This document shows, one piece after another, positions 56,088 through 64,000 of a DNA stretch of 64,000 nt. Position 1 is the stretch's first letter, and every line of letters starts with the position of its first letter. Made by a program: the position numbers and the translations under genes. Origin of the DNA: Candidatus Azambacteria bacterium (lineage in GTDB: Bacteria; Patescibacteriota; Minisyncoccia; GWC2-36-17; WO2-46-25); assembly GCA_016234725.1 (NCBI GenBank), contig JACRAK010000012.1:10619-74618 (forward strand), written 5' to 3'. The notes below the pieces were generated by a model. That model saw nothing but the letters and a program-made list of their open reading frames with translations. It was not told the origin of the DNA and made no database searches.

Positions 56088-57974
56088 ATGGATAGTCGTT
56101 TAGAAGAATTCGAAAAAAAATTATACGCGCGCAAGGAGGGCGAGGGGGCGAAGCGCAAAGGATATGAAGCATACAAAGAAGAAGATGCGGTGCGCATGCG
56201 CGGCGGGTGGGAAAAGGACGAGCCGGCCTCTCTTACGGTCGGCGTGAAAAAAATACGCCTCAAGCCGATCATCGCGGTGGCGGTAGTCGCGCTTATGCTG
56301 GGCGGCGGATATTATCTTTTTACGCGCGAACGTCCGTTTGACGTTGCCGGAGTGCGCGGCACCATCGAGGGGCCGGCGCGCGTGTCATCGGGCGACGAGG
56401 TATCCTATGTCATTACCTATCGGAACAATACGAGCGTTGCGTTGCGGGGAGGGAAGGTGGTGTTCACGTGGCCGGAAGGCGCGGTGGTTGCCGAAGGAAG
56501 CGACGGAGCGGCGCGGGAAGCGAAAGAAGAGGTGGGCATGATCGTGCCGGGCCAGGAGAAAAGCGCGACGTTCAAAGGAAGGATATACGGAACACAGGAC
56601 GAGCATAAAGAGATCGCGGTGGTATTTCAGTATACGCCGGAAAATGTTGCGGCGGTATTTGAAGATAAAAAAACGCTGGCCCTTACCATTGCGGCAACGC
56701 CGATCGCGCTCATTATCCAGGCGCCCGGGCAGGCGGTCTCCGGCAAGGAAGTGGAGATCGCGGTGGAGTATCAGAATCAATCCGATGCGCCTTTTTCCGA
56801 CATGACGCTGCGCGCCATATATCCGGAAGGATTTGCTTTTGTGTCCGCCGACCCCGCGCCGTCTTCCGAGAATAATACATGGAAGCTCGGCGCTATAGAA
56901 GGAAGGGAGAGCGGGAAAATAAAGATCAAAGGGAGTTTCTCCGGCGCGCAAGGAGAAGCGAAGTCGGTGTACATGGAGCTTGGTATTGTGGGGGACAACG
57001 GTGCGTTCGCGCAGTATGCGCGCGCCGACAGCGCGGTGACCATTGCATCGTCCGCGCTCTTTGTGTTTTTGACCGCGAACGACTCACGGGATTACGTAGC
57101 AAATCCCGGGGGGTCGATAAAATTTAAGGTGCACTACAAGAACACCACGAATGTGCAGATCCCGAATGTCACAATATTGGCGAACATTGACGACACATAC
57201 ATAGATATCAGGACGTTGTCCGTGCAATGGGGGTATGTTGATGGAAGAACGAATTCGATCATATGGAATCCTGTCAGTGTGCCGGAGCTCGCGGTGCTTG
57301 ATCCGAAAGAAGAAGGCGTTGTGTCGTTTTCCGCCACAGTGAAACCGTCGTTTTTGCCAAAGAGCTTTTCAGACAAAAACTTGAAGGTGTCCGCGCGTAC
57401 GCGCATCACCGCCTCAGCGCAACCGGAAAGCTTGAAAGGGCTGCCGCTTGAAAGCGAGGATACCGTCAGCGTAAAGATCAACACGCAATTTTCATTCAAC
57501 GAAAAAGCATATTTCCAGGACGGGTTTCTTTTAAACACCGGTCCGCTTCCCCCTACGGTTGGCCAACGCACCACGTATGGGATATCATGGCAGCTGTCGA
57601 GCACCATCAACGATGTTGACGAAGTTGAAGCGACCGCGGTAATTCCGCCGAATGTCGAATGGACGGGGAAGGTGTATCCTCAGGATGCGAATATCACGTA
57701 TGATCCCGATAGGGGGATCATACGATGGAAGCCGGGAAAGGTGTTTGCAGGGACCAGCAATCTTATTTCTCCTGTGCGGGTTGATTTTCAGCTTGCGTTT
57801 ACGCCTGCGGACGTGCATGTGGGCCAAGTGATCAATCTGGTTTCCGGCGCAACATTGAAGGCGGTAGATGCGTTCACCGGTACGCAGATGGAGCGGCAGG
57901 TGTCTCCGGTCAACACGGATCTGCTAAACTCCCTGAAGGGGGAGCAAGGGCGGGTTATCGGGACAGGCATATAA
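56088..57974 (+). CDS. Membrane-anchored protein with repeated Ig-like (DUF11-like) domains
   Basis: One N-terminal TM; repeated G..V.Y...Y.N....P.GF.FVSA.P beta-rich units. Confidence 0.75.
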   Translation: MDSRLEEFEKKLYARKEGEGAKRKGYEAYKEEDAVRMRGGWEKDEPASLTVGVKKIRLKPIIAVAVVALMLGGGYYLFTRERPFDVAGVRGTIEGPARVSSGDEVSYVITYRNNTSVALRGGKVVFTWPEGAVVAEGSDGAAREAKEEVGMIVPGQEKSATFKGRIYGTQDEHKEIAVVFQYTPENVAAVFEDKKTLALTIAATPIALIIQAPGQAVSGKEVEIAVEYQNQSDAPFSDMTLRAIYPEGFAFVSADPAPSSENNTWKLGAIEGRESGKIKIKGSFSGAQGEAKSVYMELGIVGDNGAFAQYARADSAVTIASSALFVFLTANDSRDYVANPGGSIKFKVHYKNTTNVQIPNVTILANIDDTYIDIRTLSVQWGYVDGRTNSIIWNPVSVPELAVLDPKEEGVVSFSATVKPSFLPKSFSDKNLKVSARTRITASAQPESLKGLPLESEDTVSVKINTQFSFNEKAYFQDGFLLNTGPLPPTVGQRTTYGISWQLSSTINDVDEVEATAVIPPNVEWTGKVYPQDANITYDPDRGIIRWKPGKVFAGTSNLISPVRVDFQLAFTPADVHVGQVINLVSGATLKAVDAFTGTQMERQVSPVNTDLLNSLKGEQGRVIGTGI

Positions 57975-57988
57975 GATAAACACATACC

Positions 57989-59389
57989 ATGGCAGGGCAA
58001 ACAACATTGGAAGACATCGTTTCGCTGTGCAAGCGGCGAGGGTTCGTGTATCCGTCGTCCGAGATCTACGGCGGGTTTGCCGGCGTGTATGACTACGGGC
58101 ATTACGGCGTGTTGCTGAAAAACAATATTCAGGCGGCATGGTGGCGGCACATGGTGCAGCTGCGCGACGATGTGTACGGGCTCGACAGCGCCATCTTCAT
58201 GCACCCAAAAACGTGGGTGGCATCCGGCCATGTCGGCGGCTTTAACGACCCGCAGATCGATTGCAGGAAATGCAAGAACCGCATGCGCGCGGATCATGTG
58301 CTTGAGGCGTTCGGCATCAACGCCGATAAGGCGACGATCGAATACATTAATACCGAGCTCGACAAGCTGAAAGAGAAAAAAGCATTGAAATGCGCGAACT
58401 GCGGATCTTCCGATCTGACGCCGGCACGGGTCTTTTCGCTCATGGTGAAATCAAATCTCGGCTCTCCGACCGAGGAGTTGAGCGATGAGAACGCGGCATA
58501 CCTCCGCCCGGAAACGTGCGGCGGTATTTATCTGGAATACAAAAACACCATTGATTCTTTGCATCCGAAGCTGCCGTTTGGGATCGCGCAGGTGGGGAAG
58601 GCGTTCCGCAATGAGATCGTTGCCCGCCAATTCGTGTTCCGCACCCGGGAGTTCGAGCAAATGGAGATGCAGTATTTTTTGCATCCCGATGACATGAAAA
58701 AAAGCTACGAGATGTGGAAGCAGGAGCGGTGGCGATGGTATCTGGCGTACGGGATCCCACAGGAGAAGATACGATGGTACCAGCACGAGAAGCTCGCGCA
58801 CTACGCGTCGGAAGCGTACGATATCGAGTTTTCGTTCTCGTCGCTCGGCGGCTTTAAGGAGGTTGAAGGCATCCATGCGCGCGGCGATTGGGACTTGTCA
58901 CAGCACGCAAAGCATTCCGGCGCCGACCTGTCGTATACGGATGAAACGACCAAACAGAAATTCATTCCGCATATCATGGAAACGTCCGTCGGGCTGGGGC
59001 GATTGTTTTTGATGTTCATTGATCACGCGTATACGCAAGAAGAGGTGAACGGAGAAACGCGGACGGTGCTGAAGCTCGATAAGCGCCTCGCTCCCGTGAA
59101 GGCTGCGGTGTTTCCGCTGTTGCGCAACAAGCCGGAGCTCGTGAGCAAAGCGCGCGAGGTATACGACCTGCTGAAAGGCGTGTTCATGTGCGAGTTCGAC
59201 GACAACGGCAACATCGGCAAGCGCTACCGGAGGCAGGACGAAATAGGCACGCCATGGTGCCTTACCATTGATTTTCAAACACTGGAAGACGGCACGATCA
59301 CCGTGCGCGACCGCGACACGCTCGCGCAGGAGCGCGTGGCGATCGCCGATTGCGTTGCATATCTAAAGGAACGCTATGAATCCCGTTAG
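57989..59389 (+). CDS. glyQS: Glycine-tRNA ligase (alpha2 type)
   Basis: CKRRGF..SSEIYGG, YLRPET, GKAFRNEI, FRTREFEQME, IGKRYRRQDEIGTP. Confidence 0.97.
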   Translation: MAGQTTLEDIVSLCKRRGFVYPSSEIYGGFAGVYDYGHYGVLLKNNIQAAWWRHMVQLRDDVYGLDSAIFMHPKTWVASGHVGGFNDPQIDCRKCKNRMRADHVLEAFGINADKATIEYINTELDKLKEKKALKCANCGSSDLTPARVFSLMVKSNLGSPTEELSDENAAYLRPETCGGIYLEYKNTIDSLHPKLPFGIAQVGKAFRNEIVARQFVFRTREFEQMEMQYFLHPDDMKKSYEMWKQERWRWYLAYGIPQEKIRWYQHEKLAHYASEAYDIEFSFSSLGGFKEVEGIHARGDWDLSQHAKHSGADLSYTDETTKQKFIPHIMETSVGLGRLFLMFIDHAYTQEEVNGETRTVLKLDKRLAPVKAAVFPLLRNKPELVSKAREVYDLLKGVFMCEFDDNGNIGKRYRRQDEIGTPWCLTIDFQTLEDGTITVRDRDTLAQERVAIADCVAYLKERYESR

Positions 59390-59505
59390 AAGTCCTTGGC
59401 ATAAAATTTCTTAGAAATTTTATGCGAGACAGCAACAGGGGAAACACGCAAAACATTATTTTTTTCATGACAATGATACTATTAAAATGCGAACTTCTAA
59501 CGGGA
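59381..59505. mobile_element. Miniature inverted-repeat element, family A, at the glyQS/M16 peptidase junction
   Basis: TCCCGTTAGAAGT...ACTTCTAACGGGA; TGAA duplicated at 59377-59380 and 59506-59509; internal hairpin at 59399-59425. Confidence 0.85.
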
Positions 59506-60791
59506 TGAAAAATAAACTTACGTATCGAAAAACAACGCTCGAAAACGGATTACGCATCATCACCATTCCTATGCGAAACACGTCTACTGTGGCTTCCATG
59601 GTGTTCGTGAAAACCGGGTCGCGGTATGAGCAAAAAAAAGAGAACGGCATTTCGCATGTGTTGGAACATATGTTTTTCGAAGGGACGAAAAAGAGGCCAA
59701 GCAGCATGAGCGTGAATAGAGAGCTCGACAGGGTGGGGGCGGTGAAAAATGCGTATACGTCAAACGACCACACCGCATATTATGTGAAGACGGACGCAAA
59801 ACACTTCGACTTAGGGCTGGATGTTTTGTCGGATATGTACCTTCATTCATTATTCCGTCCGGCATCTATTGAAAAAGAGCGGCGGGTGGTGGTGGAGGAG
59901 ATCCGCATGTATAAAGACACGCCACAGCGGCAGGTATGGGATAATTTTTCCCAACTCCTGTATCCCGACAATTCGCTCGGGCGGTCTGTTCTCGGCCCCG
60001 AGAGCACGGTGTTGTCGCTTACGCGCGCAAACCTTCTTTCATATTTAAAAGAGTTTTATGTTGCGCAAAATACGACAGTGGTGATCGCGGGGAATATTGA
60101 TGAACATGCGGCGATCGCGAAAGTGAAGCGCTATTTTAAAACCATAAGAACGGGAAAACCCTCTGTGTTTTCGCCGGTGGGCGGTCGGCAGGAAAAACCG
60201 CGCGTGCATGTGGAATATAAAAAAATAGATCAGGCGCATCTTGTGCTTGGCGCGCAGGGGTATGCGATCGGCGATAAACGGCGACATGCGCTTGAGGTGC
60301 TTGAGGCGATCTTGGGCGGATATTTCAGCTCGCGGCTTATGACGTCGGTGCGGGACACATTAGGCCTTGCGTATTATGTCGGCGCTGATGCGGATCATCA
60401 CGAAGATACGGGGTCGTTTTCGGCATATGCGGGCATCAATCTTGCAAAGGTGGAGCTCGGCATTACCGCGATCTTGAAGGAGTTTGAAAAAGTACGAACG
60501 CGCGTCGTTCCGAAAAAAGAGATCGATGATGCGAAAACCCACATTGAGGGAGCGTTGAGCTTGCAGTTGGAATTGTCCAACAGCGTTGCACTCGGCGCGG
60601 GGTGGTCAGAGGTGCTGTCGGGGCGCATCGAAACGCCAAAGGAGTATATGCGAAAGATCAAAGCGGTGACCGCAGCGGATATCCGCGCGGTCGCCAACGA
60701 CGTATTGAGGCCGCAGAGCATGAATCTTGCCATTATCGGCCCGTTTAAAGAAAAAGATATAAAACGTTTTCAGGCGTTGCTTCACATATAA
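59505..60791 (+). CDS. M16 (pitrilysin) family zinc peptidase
   Basis: GSRYE, GISHVLEHMFFEGT (HxxEH), NAYTS, ERRVVVEEI. Confidence 0.93.
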   Translation: MKNKLTYRKTTLENGLRIITIPMRNTSTVASMVFVKTGSRYEQKKENGISHVLEHMFFEGTKKRPSSMSVNRELDRVGAVKNAYTSNDHTAYYVKTDAKHFDLGLDVLSDMYLHSLFRPASIEKERRVVVEEIRMYKDTPQRQVWDNFSQLLYPDNSLGRSVLGPESTVLSLTRANLLSYLKEFYVAQNTTVVIAGNIDEHAAIAKVKRYFKTIRTGKPSVFSPVGGRQEKPRVHVEYKKIDQAHLVLGAQGYAIGDKRRHALEVLEAILGGYFSSRLMTSVRDTLGLAYYVGADADHHEDTGSFSAYAGINLAKVELGITAILKEFEKVRTRVVPKKEIDDAKTHIEGALSLQLELSNSVALGAGWSEVLSGRIETPKEYMRKIKAVTAADIRAVANDVLRPQSMNLAIIGPFKEKDIKRFQALLHI

Positions 60792-60797
60792 TTATGC

Positions 60798-61070
60798 AGA
60801 ACTCATTTCAATACTCTTTCCTGCCGCGATACGTGTCCATGCTGTGTCGGGACAAGGAGCGACGACGAAGGAGTAGTTTTCACTACTTCAAGGAGGAGCG
60901 ACGCCGTATCCGGCACAGCATGGCCGTATCCCGAAGGGTTCTGGCGATTTTCATTCATCGCTTCGTTGCTCCTCGTCATGGTAATATAATTAGCATTTCC
61001 TCGTCGCGCCTCGCGAGTGAAAGAAAATCGCTCAAGAACGCGGCTAGGAAATAGTATTAAAATGAGTTCT
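60798..61070. mobile_element. MITE-like structured element, family C
   Basis: About 31-bp imperfect TIR AGAACTCATTTCAATACTCTTTCCTGCCGCG / CGCGGCTAGGAAATAGTATTAAAATGAGTTCT; nested internal hairpins. Confidence 0.75.
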
Positions 61071-62444
61071 ACTCAATATCCAAAACTTACGTTTTACGGC
61101 GGCGCGGGGGCGGTGACAGGTGCGTGTTATTTACTCGAAACGGCGCACACGAAGATCATCATCGATTGCGGGATGTTCCAAGGGTCGCGTTTTTCCGAAA
61201 CGCTCAACAGCGATCCGTTTCCGTTCGATCCTAAAGAGCTCAAGGCGGCGCTCATCACCCACGCGCATATCGACCATACCGGGCGCCTGCCGAAGCTGTG
61301 CAAGGACGGATTTAGCGGGAACATCCACGCGACCATGCCGACGCTTGATTTTACGAAAGCGCTTCTGATCGATTCGCAGCATGTGATCGCGATGGAGGCG
61401 AAACATGAAGGGCAAGAACCGTTCTATACCGAGAAAGACGTCGAGCTTGTGTTCGCGCTTGTCAAGCCCGTCGAATACGGAATGATGGTGCATATTGCCG
61501 AAGATATGGCATGTAAGTTCTACGATGCGGGGCATATTTTAGGGTCCTCTATGATCGAGGTGTTCGTCACGGTGGGGGATAAAAAAACAAAGATCGTGTT
61601 CACGGGCGACCTCGGCAATTCACCCGGACCGTTGTTGCGCGATACGCACAAGGAAACCGAAGCGGATTACGTCGTGATCGAATCGGCGTACGGCGACCGG
61701 TTGCATGAAGGGGAAGGAGAGAGGAAAGACACCTTGGAAGACATTATTGAAGAAACGGCTGCCGCAGGCGGCGTGCTTATGATCCCGGCGTTTGCCACCG
61801 AGCGCACGCAAGAGCTGTTGTACGAATTCAACGAGCTTGTGGAGCATGACCGCATTCCGAAAATGCCGGTGTTCATCGATTCTCCGCTCGCGATAAAGAT
61901 CACGGAAGTGTATAAGCGCTACTCGTCGTTTTACGATGAAGAGGCGTTGCGCCTGCTGAAGTCGGGCGATGAGATATTCAGTTTTCCCGGGTTGAAATTC
62001 ACGCCGACCATCGAGGATTCCAAGCGCATCAACAGCGTGCCGCCGCCCAAGATCATTTTAGCGGGTTCCGGCATGTCGCACGGCGGGAGGATCGTGTATC
62101 ACGAAAAATTATATCTGCCCGACCCCAAGAGCACGCTGCTTATCATCGGGTACCAGATCAAGGGATCGCTCGGGAGACGGCTGCTTGACGGAGAAAAAAC
62201 GGTACGGATCCACGGCGATGAGGTGACTGTCCGCGCGAGGATCAGGCAGATCTCGGGGTATTCGGCGCACGCCGACCAGCAAGGGCTGTATCGGTGGGTG
62301 GAGCCGATGCGGCTGTCGATCAAGAAATTGTTCGTGGTGCAAGGGGAGGAGAGCGCATCAGAGACCTTTGCGCAGATCGTGAAAGATCAGCTGGCGATAG
62401 ATGCGATCGCGCCGAAGGTCGGCGACTCGTTTGTTTTGGAATAG
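61062..62444 (+). CDS. MBL-fold beta-CASP ribonuclease
   Basis: DCGMFQG, THAHIDHTG, AGHILGS, FTGDLG, SAHADQ. Confidence 0.93.
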   Translation: MSSTQYPKLTFYGGAGAVTGACYLLETAHTKIIIDCGMFQGSRFSETLNSDPFPFDPKELKAALITHAHIDHTGRLPKLCKDGFSGNIHATMPTLDFTKALLIDSQHVIAMEAKHEGQEPFYTEKDVELVFALVKPVEYGMMVHIAEDMACKFYDAGHILGSSMIEVFVTVGDKKTKIVFTGDLGNSPGPLLRDTHKETEADYVVIESAYGDRLHEGEGERKDTLEDIIEETAAAGGVLMIPAFATERTQELLYEFNELVEHDRIPKMPVFIDSPLAIKITEVYKRYSSFYDEEALRLLKSGDEIFSFPGLKFTPTIEDSKRINSVPPPKIILAGSGMSHGGRIVYHEKLYLPDPKSTLLIIGYQIKGSLGRRLLDGEKTVRIHGDEVTVRARIRQISGYSAHADQQGLYRWVEPMRLSIKKLFVVQGEESASETFAQIVKDQLAIDAIAPKVGDSFVLE

Positions 62445-62473
62445 GGCGCGTGGTATCATTGAGTAAAACACCT

Positions 62474-63064
62474 ATGGTTTCATCACCAAAATATAAGATA
62501 TGCGTATCGGGCGCCGCGGAATCAACGCATTGCGGCGCGGCCGTGCTTGCGCTCGCCGAAGAGATCGGACGGGAGATCGTACGGCAGGGGGCGGTGCTCG
62601 TGACCGGCGCGACGTCAGGCATTCCGTATTGGGCGGCAAAAGGCGCGAAGGCGGAAGGAGGGATCTCGATCGGCCTGTCCCCGGCGGCTTCCGAGCTTGC
62701 GCATGTGAAAGCGTACAAGCTCCCGATCGATTACTTCGATCTCATTATTTATACCGGGTTTGATTATTCGGGAAGGAATTTGCTTCTCACGCGCGCGGCG
62801 GACGCGGTGATCACGATCTGCGGGCGCATGGGCACGCTGAACGAATTCACCATCGCATTTGAAGACCGCAAGCCGCAAGGAGTGCTTATCGGCACCGGCG
62901 GCACCGCTGATTATCTGAAGAACATCATTGATAAGATGCATCGGGGCCCCGGGAAAGTGGTGTATCATAAAGAACCGAAAAAACTTGTCGCAGAAGTGAT
63001 CAAGCTTATCAGCAAGGATCAGAGAATGAAAACAGAACCGTCAAAGCGGAGAAATTCGTCATAA
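62474..63064 (+). CDS. LOG/SLOG family protein
   Basis: LVTGATSG, GG.SIG.SP, TGF...RN, GRMGTLNEF. Confidence 0.85.
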   Translation: MVSSPKYKICVSGAAESTHCGAAVLALAEEIGREIVRQGAVLVTGATSGIPYWAAKGAKAEGGISIGLSPAASELAHVKAYKLPIDYFDLIIYTGFDYSGRNLLLTRAADAVITICGRMGTLNEFTIAFEDRKPQGVLIGTGGTADYLKNIIDKMHRGPGKVVYHKEPKKLVAEVIKLISKDQRMKTEPSKRRNSS

Positions 63065-63079
63065 CCATTCATCATCGGT

Positions 63080-63532
63080 ATGCTCGACACCCATCAATTT
63101 TCCATGATCGTCTCGCTTGTCGTTGCGGCGACACTCGGGTTCATTGTCGGCATAGAGCGCGAATTCGTGCGGAAAGAAGCGGGCATCAAAACATATGCGC
63201 TGGTCACGCTCGGCGCCGCATTGTTCACGGTCATTTCATTCGACCCGAATTTTCCCGACCCTTCCCGCATCATCGCGCAGATCGTCACCGGCATCGGTTT
63301 TATCGGCGCGGGGATCATCATTTTCCATCAAAACAAGATACACGGACTCACGACCGCCGCGGGGTTGTGGACGATGGCGGGGGTGGGGGTCGCCGCCGGT
63401 ATGCGGTATTACACGCTTGCGGTCGCGGGCACGCTCATCGTGCTTTTTATCCTTCTCGCGTTACGGAAACTCAAGATCGAGGACCGGATCCATGCTTTTG
63501 TCGGCATACAAGATGAGGAGGAGAAGCAATAG
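63080..63532 (+). CDS. MgtC/SapB family membrane protein
   Basis: GIERE, AGIKT, RIIAQIVTGIGFIGAG, GLTTAAGLW. Confidence 0.92.
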   Translation: MLDTHQFSMIVSLVVAATLGFIVGIEREFVRKEAGIKTYALVTLGAALFTVISFDPNFPDPSRIIAQIVTGIGFIGAGIIIFHQNKIHGLTTAAGLWTMAGVGVAAGMRYYTLAVAGTLIVLFILLALRKLKIEDRIHAFVGIQDEEEKQ

Positions 63533-63553
63533 TTAAACAGGGAGCGAAAATAT

Positions 63554-64000
63554 ATGAAAATGATCGTATTCGGGAACGCGCGGTACGGGGTCGCAACGCT
63601 CGTGGGAACGATCATCGGCGTGGGTATTTTCGGGCTGCCGTACGCGGCATCCAAGGCGGGGTTTTTTACCCAGCTTTTTTATTTAGGCGCATTTGCGGGA
63701 GTGTTCGTACTGCTTCATCTCATGTTCGGTGAGATCATGCTGCGCACCACACAGCGGCATCGTCTTGCGGGATATGTGGGGGTGTATTTTGGCGATGCGG
63801 CAAAAAAATTCATCGAGCTCATCACGGTCGTGGGAACGCTTGGCGGCATGCTCGCATATCTTTTGGTCGGCGGGCTGTTCTTAAAAACGCTGACGGGGGG
63901 CGTATTCGGCGGCATCGAGCAGCATTATATCGTTTTTTGGGCGCTGTTGAGTTTTGTGCTGTTCTCGGGATTAAAAATGGTTGAGCGGACGGAGGCCATC
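63554..64000 (+). CDS. Aromatic amino acid permease family transporter (partial)
   Basis: LVGTIIGVGIFGLPY..SKAGF; runs off the window end. Confidence 0.8.
   Translation, partial: MKMIVFGNARYGVATLVGTIIGVGIFGLPYAASKAGFFTQLFYLGAFAGVFVLLHLMFGEIMLRTTQRHRLAGYVGVYFGDAAKKFIELITVVGTLGGMLAYLLVGGLFLKTLTGGVFGGIEQHYIVFWALLSFVLFSGLKMVERTEAI

Overview
Chromosomal window from a Patescibacteria/CPR-type (probably Parcubacteria) bacterium using the standard genetic code. The taxon call is an inference from gene content, e.g. yidC-rnpA-rpmH/dnaA-dnaN, yebC-ruvC, pilB, IleRS with an inserted phosphatase domain, glyQS-type GlyRS and mostly SD-less core genes. It spans the origin region (about 2.4-6.7 kb) and housekeeping blocks (6.7-14 kb, 39-64 kb), with tmRNA next to smpB. 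An AT-richer accessory region (about 14.6-39.1 kb) is built from cassettes separated by diverged duplicates of gene 3' ends, a terminator or a promoter. It holds: (i) a Trp-themed cassette (TrpRS, chorismate mutase-methyltransferase fusion, T-box-controlled TrpD-like gene); (ii) three tandem RiPP-like modules, each a radical SAM/SPASM enzyme plus a tiny SD-led precursor peptide plus a HExxH protein, with two of the precursors missing from the ORF track; (iii) a methyltransferase and membrane histidine kinase pair; (iv) an oxidoreductase-aminotransferase-Nudix-nucleotide kinase operon with a convergent Gre-like gene, resembling the 3'-amino-nucleotide steps of puromycin biosynthesis. Intergenic DNA carries several miniature repeat families, including 111-135 bp CCCGT...ACGGG elements with 4-bp target duplications, three of four at start codons. 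All product calls come from motif recognition by eye; no database search was run.
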